Source: Eukaryota sp. TZLM1-RC (Eukaryota; Protista; Metamonada: BaSk clade). Taken from it: 64,000 bases of DNA. Both the position numbers and the translations under genes were made by a program. The stretch lies in assembly GCA_040285825.1 (NCBI GenBank), contig JAUPSS010000009.1:558001-622000 (forward strand), read 5' to 3'. Shown here piece by piece: positions 47,673-57,300 of this stretch. The notes below the pieces were generated by a model, which was not told the DNA's origin, did no database searches, and was given only the letters and a program-made list of their open reading frames with translations. Positions within the stretch are counted from its first letter, which is position 1. Every line of letters starts with the position of its first letter.

Positions 47673-49883
47673 TTAAGCAATGTACCTGTAGACTCTAGCT
47701 AGGCCTTGTGACCCTTGGACCCTTTCGCAATACTCTCGGTCAATTAAAGTGTCAATTCGTTCCTTAATAAAAGCATGAGATGGAATGAACAAATGTGCTA
47801 CGAAACACTGAACTTCGTGCACCAAGGTTGAAACATCAATTTCACGATCTCTTTTCAGAACTCTAACAATCGCGGCATCTGTGACTTGTTTCCTAGTTTC
47901 AAGTAGTGATTTTTCAGCAGCAGAAACCTCCTCACTCTCATCTTTTATATTTGAATTCAACCTAAAACTCCTGACCCTTCCACTAAATTGAAGATTGATT
48001 ACCACTTCATCCTGGGCCCTGATTTTAGGCTTTCCTGCTTGCTTTGGATTTGATTTATAAAGAACAACAGGTTGTGGAAACCGAGAATCAGGTTTCACCA
48101 GCATTGGTGAAAGAGACTTTGATAAGACCGAAAAACTTAAACCTAAATTAACTTGTAATTCCCCAATGGTAATTCTATCAGGATAAACATAATCATTTAG
48201 AACCAACAAAATCATTGCTTGAATCATGCTACAATGAACTTCATAAATAATTCCTGAATTTGGTATAAAATTCAACACACAAGTTGATTTGTTGGTAACC
48301 ACATCCCACACTCCTTCACTGAAAAAAGCACCACTACCGGAACTTCGTGTATGTTTGTAATAATCAGCGAAACAATTAAACGTAGTCATGAAAACTGAGG
48401 GTATTTTGCACGGAATACCTTTCAATTCTTCTCCTAATTGGCTATGTGAATAAAGTTGTACATCAATCTTTCTTATCGGACAAGTTTCGATAGAAGTACT
48501 ATTCATAAAACCAACAGAAACGTCCCTTGAAGTTTCAAAGCTTCTAAGAACGTACTGTTCTCGTTCAAATTCCATTCCAAACTTTGCTTTAAGTTTTCCC
48601 AAGACCAGTTTCTCTCTGCAAATAGCCGCATCTTTATATGAACAAGGAGTTACTATTCTGTTGACAAAAAGCTTTGTAAATGGTATGAAGAACGAATCCT
48701 TGTTATCGAGATACATAATAAAGCTAATGATATCGTCTGTTTCGGTGTTGAAGAGGGCATCTTGCACTGTACCAGGATCAAGTGAAAGAAGGTTATCTAG
48801 CCGGCGCAGTAAGATCCAATGAAAATTATTTCTGTTAAAAAAATCTTTGAAAATTAAATGAAAATCGTTGATCATTGTTTGATTGTTCTCAAAGCAATTT
48901 GGCAAAAGATATTCAATCAAATCCTTGAAAATTTTGATAACTTGAATGACACAAACCCCAATTTTTGAACGATCTTTGCATTGGTGATCTGGAATTTTAA
49001 TTAAATTTAATTGATTTTTCAAACAATTTGGAAATTCGTTGAGCAATCTATTGAACTGTTGAACGTTTGCTCTGACTAAAGAGTAGAAACATTGCAGTAA
49101 TTGACCATTTTCTTGTGGCGAAAGCAACCATTTTCTGACACCATTTGTTACTAATAAATCAAAATAGTCATCAAATAAATTAGTTTTAACAATGTTTTCA
49201 ATAGGTTGGATCATTCTTTTAAGCAAATTATCACGACAGAAAGCACACTCTCTTTCCATTGCTCTGGGAATGTTGAGTAAGTAATCCCCGATCGGCAGTT
49301 GATTATAATCGTCACGTGCACACTCACGATAATAATCAGTCAAAAATGATAAATATGGTTTTTCAAAAATGTCACCAAAAATTTGCTCATTTGGAACAGA
49401 TAATAAAAAACTAACAATCGATGCTAAACTTGAATCACTCACCACTTGGCCATTATGAATGGAATCTAACCTAGTTTGAATCCCCTCTTTAATTTTTCCA
49501 AGTAAGGGCGAATCCAAGGATGAACCAATGAGACCAGTGACGACTGGAATAACACAATGTTCTCTTCTCACGCCAACCATTTCAAATACACAGGAGATGT
49601 AATGGATAGGGTCCTGAAGGTCCTGCCACTTAGAGGCAAGAGTGGGAAGGATGTCTTGTTCTCTGTAAAAGGTAAGAAGTTCCATTTGGGTTGCCTGGGA
49701 AAACTTATAGAGTCTGTAGGACACAAAGTCGTGTAGATTGACGTTCCTGGAGGAGAGATGTCCAATATGAACATATCGATGTATGTCTCTAAAGCAGCAT
49801 ACAGGCGTTTCCTTATTGAGAATGGATAGAATAAAAGGATCGAAGCTTTTGTTCCAAATGACCAAAGGTGATTGTAGTTGCAT
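47673..49883 (-). CDS. Divergent cullin
   Basis: YLDNKDSF..FVNRI cullin-homology region, SMIQAMILL, DAAIVRVLK neddylation motif, IKERIDTLIDREY..YRYIA; first ATG at 49883. Confidence 0.92.
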   Translation of the reverse strand: MQLQSPLVIWNKSFDPFILSILNKETPVCCFRDIHRYVHIGHLSSRNVNLHDFVSYRLYKFSQATQMELLTFYREQDILPTLASKWQDLQDPIHYISCVFEMVGVRREHCVIPVVTGLIGSSLDSPLLGKIKEGIQTRLDSIHNGQVVSDSSLASIVSFLLSVPNEQIFGDIFEKPYLSFLTDYYRECARDDYNQLPIGDYLLNIPRAMERECAFCRDNLLKRMIQPIENIVKTNLFDDYFDLLVTNGVRKWLLSPQENGQLLQCFYSLVRANVQQFNRLLNEFPNCLKNQLNLIKIPDHQCKDRSKIGVCVIQVIKIFKDLIEYLLPNCFENNQTMINDFHLIFKDFFNRNNFHWILLRRLDNLLSLDPGTVQDALFNTETDDIISFIMYLDNKDSFFIPFTKLFVNRIVTPCSYKDAAICREKLVLGKLKAKFGMEFEREQYVLRSFETSRDVSVGFMNSTSIETCPIRKIDVQLYSHSQLGEELKGIPCKIPSVFMTTFNCFADYYKHTRSSGSGAFFSEGVWDVVTNKSTCVLNFIPNSGIIYEVHCSMIQAMILLVLNDYVYPDRITIGELQVNLGLSFSVLSKSLSPMLVKPDSRFPQPVVLYKSNPKQAGKPKIRAQDEVVINLQFSGRVRSFRLNSNIKDESEEVSAAEKSLLETRKQVTDAAIVRVLKRDREIDVSTLVHEVQCFVAHLFIPSHAFIKERIDTLIDREYCERVQGSQGLARVYRYIA

Positions 49884-49969
49884 GGTGAGGTGCTCAACTT
49901 GTTTAAAATTTAATAAGGCCTTCTCCAAACGACGTTTTTTTGTAAAGATCTAATCGATACGTATTTCGA

Positions 49970-50197
49970 CTGCGAAATTCACTAACATATAAAATTCACT
50001 CCAGTTTTCAACTTTTTTCTATGTCTACTCACAGGCTGTAAGAGACATGTAGCGTCATTTGCCAAAGACAATCATGATCTTCATCAATGGACTACCTCAC
50101 TTAAATACACCTACTGCTTTCACAGAACAAAGCCTTGCGACTTGATGTATCTAAGTGGATCCACCAAATGCTGCTAAGGCATTTGTAGATCGCACTC
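49970..50197 (-). ncRNA. Candidate Fanzor omegaRNA scaffold (family A copy 2)
   Basis: Homologue of 22244-22440 with structure-compatible changes (G-U wobble; GCAA and GAAA tetraloops). Confidence 0.7.
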
Positions 50198-50291
50198 AAA
50201 AATTTTTCCAAAAAATTGAAAAACAAATAAAAAACTCAAAAAAATATCAGTTTTTCCAAAGTTTTTGTTCCTGTATGCTCAGGTTCCCCAT

Positions 50292-51053
50292 TCACCTTCT
50301 CAACAGAGCATCTGGGCAAATGTAACTTTTCGGCCACAATTCCACTTTCTTCTTAATTTGAATATTTTTTTGCAGCGGGAATACCTCTGTCATATGACAC
50401 TCAGAACAATTACGCATCTGCAATGGGCCTGCTTGAATACTCTCGGCCATGCAACAACTGGACAGTTTGCTTGTATTAAATTGACTGGTTGACAAGTGCT
50501 TCACGTCCTTTTGATAACACAACCATTTTCTGAAAGCCCTTGCTGATCCATATCGATTGACTTTTCGGCAATCAGAAGGGAAATTAGCAGAACCCACAGC
50601 AAGGTAGAGTTTTTCAGGTTGTCCAGCCAGCTTTTGAAATTTGTTGAGACTCTCTGGGAACTGTCTCTCTTTTCGTCTGCGGTTATCAAATTTAATCATT
50701 TTCCATTTGTGGCGATTACTTTCCAAATACACTTTCCTCCTGACCAAATTCCAATGGTTCAAATTTTGGTTGAAATTTTGAACGGAATATTGGTTGGGAG
50801 AGTGTTTACTGGGTGAAGGTTTTGTCATGTATCTCCTGAAAGTTGGACAAGGGATAACTCTACATTGATTATCAGTTGAGAAGTAACCACATAATCTTGA
50901 TTGTCCCAGATCCACGCCAATAAGGGGATGTCTACATCTTCGACGGGGCATTTTTTAGTACCCTTCAACTGTGTTTCTCTGGTTTTGTTGGCATCAGGGT
51001 CACTTTTCACTTCTTTTTTTCAATTTTCGTTTCTTTTTGGGTGGTTCATCCAG
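50292..51053 (-). pseudogene. Fanzor family A copy 2, 5'-truncated, catalytically degenerate
   Basis: LIGVDLG intact; RuvC-II E->Q (STSQFNTSK); RuvC-III frameshifted with D->G (YDRG). Homologous to 13449-13530 + 21479-22154. Confidence 0.9.
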
Positions 51054-51179
51054 AATAATAAATAATCTCATAATAAACAAATAATAAATAATCTCAATTT
51101 TGTTACAAACGGTTCATAATTAGCACACAGTACCAATCTTCGTGCTACAATGGTTACAAAAAGTGAAGAATCTGATGAC

Positions 51180-51438
51180 TGATTTTCTCAAACACCCATT
51201 TCCAATAGCAATAAGTGAAGATCTTGATTTAAAACAGCCGAGCTGCATATATTTTTATAAAGATCATTTTCCTACATTCCAGTCAATCGTTTCTGTAACG
51301 GTCGAAGAGTTTTTTTCAAATTTAAAAATTCTTTTCAGGAATATTTATATTTTATATTTTACCATTGAATGATTGGGGAAAGCATCGACTCTATTTTTCT
51401 ACATCAATTTTTGAAAATTCTTCATTTGATGCAAAAAC
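51180..51438 (-). mobile_element. Distal part of the older non-LTR remnant, separated from 52532-53736 by the inversion
   Basis: Minus strand reads SNEEFSKIDVEK*SRCFPQS, homologous to SCELEKLPPQIWTKCFPQS. Confidence 0.6.
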
Positions 51439-52519
51439 TTTTTTTTAAAATTTAATTTTATTCAAAACCTATAAATCAACATCTAAAAAATACATCTCGC
51501 CCAAAACAAAAACACTAGATGCAACTCTCTCATAGTGAGAACCAGGAGACAGCAAAGCATCAGAAACCATCTTCAACATCCCCTTAAAAATAGAAAACAC
51601 AATTCTATTTTGCCAAAACAATCTGTTGAAATTTCTCCCAGTTCTTCTCTTTACAATCAATTCAAAATCATCCAAAAAACGTAAAGCAGTTGGTGCAAGT
51701 GAAACAAAAAGGGAAAATACAAATGGATACAAATTGTATTTTGCATGCTGTAGACTGGCCAATTTGGACAAAGGTTCATTGTATTTTTTGAGTTTGAAAT
51801 TTTCAGCATTTGAAAGAGGATTATGAAGTTCAGAATTAACAAGCCTTTCATTTGAGGCATTACAAGGATAAACAGACATTATATCCAATGGAATGAAACT
51901 TCCATCTAATCCAGGTAATATAACATCACCTCTATTATTCTTATGAAAATCATCTTCAGCATCAAACAGATTTGACAACAGAGGTTCCAAGAAGGATTCA
52001 ATTCTATGAGATTTACACATACAATATAACTGGTCTCTTACAGCATCATGAACCTTGCTTCTAAAAGTAATAAAATGTTTACAATTCAACAAATGAGTAG
52101 TTGTAATTTCTCGAGAACATTTACAAATTAAATTATGAGGTAAATTATCAGGCCAGATAAAGGAACGAAATCTCATATTCAGAGTCCAAGCAGAATCGGT
52201 TAAGAGAGTACCATAAACTTGTGGAATTGTTGTTACTAAGGCAGAAGAAGTACTGTCACACATATCTTGTAAAAGATTTGCAAAAGCGGGATTCTTTTTC
52301 TTGGCCAAGCCAAGTCTAACATCAAAATCTAAGCTTTCAAAAATCTTTGATAATTTTTGTTGAAGCTTTTTACAGCAAAACTGTAAATTAAAAAGAGATC
52401 GGTCTGGAATTTCTTGAATTGATTGAGGAAAACATTTGGTCCAAATTTGTGGCGGCAATTTTTCAAGTTCACAAGATAACTCATGCAAATAAGGACTGCA
52501 ATTGGGAACTAACAGATGA
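51439..52519 (-). mobile_element. 5'-truncated RLE non-LTR retrotransposon, family 1
   Basis: ORF 51469-52488 nearly identical to 16754-17773; poly(T) at 51439-51446. Confidence 0.93.
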
Positions 52520-52531
52520 TCTAGTGTATTT

Positions 52532-53736
52532 GATGATGTTTTCTTGTTTGTATTCCAGGAATAAAGCGATCATGTCGAAAGTCTGCAGGTTCTTCGGGTC
52601 TTTCTATTGATCATTTCAAAGCTGCGGTTATTTCGTTGGAAGATTGTCTAATTTTATTAACCAAATTTTTTAATAGAGTTATATGGTCAACACAAATATC
52701 CTGAAGAATTGTGATGTTCACGTTTGACTGCACTCGTAAAAAGCTCAGAAATGGATGTTCGTCCAATTGCAGTTTCTGAAACTTTGCAAAATATTTTTTC
52801 TGCCTGCTGCTTAAATGGATTCAATGAAAAAACAAAAAGAATTTGTCACCGTTCCAACACGGAATTAAGACCACTGATGGAGTTGCTTCAGCAGTGTTTG
52901 CTACAGATGTTATATTTCATCAAAATGAATACAATGTTTGTATGTTGTTGGATTTCAGTAATGCATTCAATTCAATTCATTGTTGCAGTATGCATGGTGC
53001 TTTGTTAAATTATTTGCCAAAATTAATGCTCTATTTTTAAACAACTTAGAGCACAAATTTCAATTTGCATTTTGGTGATTGTATATTGAAATCATCAAGT
53101 GGTGTAAAGCAAGGAGATCCTTTAGGACCTCTGCTGTTGTGTTTGGCCATTCATGATATTTTATTGCAAATTCAAGAGATGTTTCCTTCGCTAAAAATGA
53201 TTGTCTATATGGATGACGTTGTTCTTTCAGGTGACTTAAATATTGTGGAAAAAGCAACTGTATGTTTCAAAGAATTATTTAACAAAATTGGCCTCCAACT
53301 AAATTTGCTGAAATGTGATTTACTTTCGTATTCTGCAGTTTCTACATAAGTAGATGGTATTGAAACTCAAACCACATTATATTCAATTGATGCAATTCGT
53401 CATTTGTGTTCGTTTTGAGGAAAAAAATATAAGACCATTATAAGACTGTGTTTCAGTGCCAACTTTAATCATATATTTCGATCTACAAATCCTCTTGTCT
53501 TTTGGCCCAGATCTTCAATGAATTGCGTGCAAAAGTTTTGTCTCAATTACTGGGATGTAAAATGTTGCAAATTCCAGACCATGCTTTTCTTAGTCCACAT
53601 TATGGCGGTTGAGGTTGGACGAAGGCTTCTTTTCTTACTTCGTGTGCTTTTATTGGTGGATGCAGAACTGCAAGCTTTAAGTTTTTAAAGATTTGCAGAT
53701 TGGGAACATTTATTACTAACAACGCAAAGTTCCACT
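52532..53736 (+). mobile_element. Older decayed non-LTR reverse transcriptase remnant
   Basis: DVRPIAVSE, LDFSNAFNSI, SGVKQGDPLGPLL, YMDDV, GLQLNLLKC, GG.GWTK; many frameshifts. Confidence 0.85.
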
Positions 53737-53750
53737 GTTTTTGCATCAAA

Positions 53751-54338
53751 ACAATTGATGGTGCTTCTGTTGCTGCTATTGCCTCTGATACCTTTTTTAA
53801 TGCAGAGGAAAATAATTTTATTTTTAATCTCGACTTTAAAAATGCTTTTAATTCTGTAAAGCAAGAAACAATTTTTGAAGTTATTAAATTTGATTTTCCT
53901 GAGCTATCTAGTTTTTTCTACCATTTTTATGGGAAAGAATCAGATTTAATTTTTAATTCATTTGGTCTTAAATCAACTTCTGGAGTGAAGCAGGGAGATC
54001 CTTTAGGCCCATTATTGTTTTGTTTAGCTATTCACAAAACTTTAAATATCATTAAGCAAAAATACCCTTCTATAAAAATAGTTGCTTATATGGATGATAT
54101 ATCCTTGATTGGTTCATTTGATTTACTGGAATTGGTTGCTCAAGAAATTGCCGATTCATATGAAAATATTGGGCTTCATCTTAATGCCAGCAAATGCCTT
54201 CTGATTGGCTCTTCTGCTTTGCTGTCTCTTGGTTCTCACTATGAGAGAGTTGCATCTAGTGCTTTTGTTTTGGGCGAGATGGATTTTTTAGATGTTGATT
54301 TATAGGTTTTGAATAAAATTAAAATTAAATAAAAAAAA
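53751..54338 (+). mobile_element. Family 1 non-LTR copy: RT core fused in frame to the last 28 codons, plus poly(A)
   Basis: LDFKNAFNSV, GVKQGDPLGP, AYMDD, GLHLNASKC, then ALLSLGSHYERV..DVDL* and the same 3' UTR and A-tail as the other family 1 copies. Confidence 0.9.
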
Positions 54339-54397
54339 TACACTAGAAGTTCATTTTTCAATTTTCACAGTTTAAAACATCTTTGTGCAATTGGCCG

Positions 54398-57300
54398 ATG
54401 TCTCTACCTCGGTCTATAAAGCAAATCGAGCTTACTGATATCGAATTACGCTGTGAAAACGAACACTTTACGTTATACTTTGCCTACTTCCAAGGAAACC
54501 CTGTCTGTTGGAAGCAATTCAAACGTCCGTCTTCTGGTACACTAGAGTACATCAAAACAATTCTTACTCTATGCACGGATTCTCCTATCGCACCTTTCTT
54601 TGTTACCCACTACGGTTACACCGAAGAACCCCTTGGTATTGTTATCTCCCAAGAAGAGCTGGCTCTCTCAGAGTATCACCAATACTTCAACACAAAAGAA
54701 CTCTTCGTTGTCATTCAATCTCTCCTTGCAACTCTCTCCTTCCTCCACCAACAAGGAGTCTACCACGGCCGACTTTCTCCAGATAATATTTTCCTTACTT
54801 TCAACCGAGGAACTCTTCATTCAATCAGGCTTTCTCACCCTATTATTCCCACCTCCTCCACCAATTCCATCCCTGCTACCGATCTGACCCAGATTGACGC
54901 TCTGTTGGCTAAGTATTTCAAAGCTTTGGGTAATTGCTACACGGCGCTTGATAGTTATTCTTCAACAATGACAAAGATTGATACAGTTTTATCAAAGGCT
55001 GAAACACCAGTAAAGAAGGAAGAAAAAAGTGTGAACAAGGGTCAAAAAGAAGATCAGAAAGAGGAGAATGACACGTCATCGGTCAAGGAAAGTCAAGCTG
55101 AGTCACTGAAACCGCAGTCAGAACCGCAATCGCCAAGCAAACAAGCAGAGTCAGAAGAATCAGTAGACTTGTCACTATTATTGGAAAGTTCTTCTGATGA
55201 GGATGATTCAGAGTTTTTAACTACCAATCACGACCCTTTAATTGATTTTGATTTGCTTAATTCTGATGATGAGATCCCGATTCAATCAACTGATCCCGAC
55301 TCTTGTTTGAACGATCAAAATCAATCAATCAACGACGGACCCCCCGAGAATTTCAAACAAATTCTCTCCAATGACGATTCCCTTTCCATTGCCCTCCGTA
55401 ATGATGGTTCTGTCTGGTCTTGGGGAAGTAACAAATCAAGGCTGTTGGTTGTTTGTGATGGTGATTTCAGATACGATCCTGTTCAGATTCCAGGGTTGAG
55501 TGGTATACGTTCTATTTGTTTGGGAAAGTACACTGCTTTTGCGATTGATAATCAAGGTAGAGTTTATGCGTGGGGTCAAGGATGGTCAACGGAAGAGGGT
55601 CAAAAAGGAGATGTTTTTTGGTCAGAACCTACGCTACTCAAGACTCTTTCTAAAATTTCCAAAATTTCAGCTGGTCACGATCATTTTCTTGCTTTAACCC
55701 ATAGTGGAAGTGTTTTTGGCTGGGGTAATGGTTTGGTTAATAAGTACATTGGTAATACCACCGAGTCACCACCTCTTACCCCAACCCCAATCTTTTTCAA
55801 GGAGAGGATAGTTGACATTTGTGCTTCTGTTTCTGATTCTTTCGCAGTCGGACAGTCAGGAACTCTCTATGCATGGGGGTCGAATGCTGATTTCTCGTCA
55901 CGTCATGGTGATGGCATGACGTTACCTAAAACTGTCCCAGTCACAATCAAGACAATCAATGACGTCATCTCTATTGTTGCTTCAAAATATGCTGTAATTG
56001 CATTGAAATCTGATGGTTCTGTCTACCAATGGGGAGATCTCTATTGTCACCTGGCGAGAGAACACGTGGCCTACACGACCCCTCAAGAAGTTCCTGAGCT
56101 CTCAAATATTTCAAAGATTGCAATTTCCCAAACCCATTCAGCAGCTCTACGTAACGATGGCGTTTTGTACACTTGGGGATGGAACACAAAGTCTTGTGTA
56201 TCTTTTGAATTACCCGAAGATCGATTCATTCCTCCTTCTGCTGTTTTCCTCTCTGATCCCGTGTTGGATGTTGCTGTAGGACCTCATTACACATCTGTTA
56301 TCATGGAAACTGGGGGTATTCAGGCGTGGGGCAGGAACGATGCTGGGCAATTAGGTGGTGGTTTCATGAAGGAAACTCACTCGTTAGTGATTGTCAAGGT
56401 TCCTGACACAGTTAACAATGATGACGTGATGGAAGAGGATGGTGATCATAGTTCGATTGACCTTCCTTCTTTGGAAGTTGTCATTGAGACACCAGACCTC
56501 ACCTTCCCTTCCCTACCTTCTCACCTTGCCAAAATCTCCACAGGTCAAGATTTTACCGTTGCACTCAAGTCTGATGGCACAGTTTGGTCTTGGGGAAAGA
56601 ACACGTGTCATCAGTTAGGCCATGGAGAAAAGGATGCTAAGTGTTTAATACCAACCAGAGTGCCTGAACTCAATGACGTTGTAGCAATTTACGCTGGCCA
56701 TAATACAGTTCTAGCAAAGCGTAAAGACGAAACTTTCATTGCTTGGGGACGGTACAATGGTAGAGATCGAGAGATACCTGTCCAAACAAAACCAATCCCA
56801 AATGTGAATTATATCGTTGTTGGTGATGATTTCCGTTTGGCTTTGACTAATGATGGGGATGTGTTATCTTGGGGAAAGGGAAAAAGTGGCGTTTTAGGCC
56901 TAGGTTCTACTGATAATCACAAGTCGGCAGTTCGAGTACCAGCGCTTCCAAAAGTTGCTCAGATTGCAGCAGGAAAGGCTCATGCTTTGGCTCTTTCAGA
57001 GAGTGGAAGAGTTTATAGTTGGGGTAACAACGACCACTGCCAGCTAGGTAATGGTTTAAAGGATGCAGGCGAAAAGGCCTACACAACACCATCAAAAATT
57101 GATTGTTTACGTAACATCATCATGATTGCGGCAGGTGACACGTCATCGTTTGCTGTTGATTACAAAGGAAACGTGTACTTTTGGGGAGAAAACAAGGCTT
57201 TTGCTCTTGATTCACAATGGTACACAACTCCGGTCTACTTTGCAAACCTACAAAACCTATGTCACATCTCAGCGTCATCCGATCATGCCCTCTTCCTCAC

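Noticed and set aside
5644-54397. TTG/GTG starts in the ORF track for several host genes
   Set aside because: Each has a downstream in-frame ATG just before the conserved domain, and the ATG coordinates were used instead.
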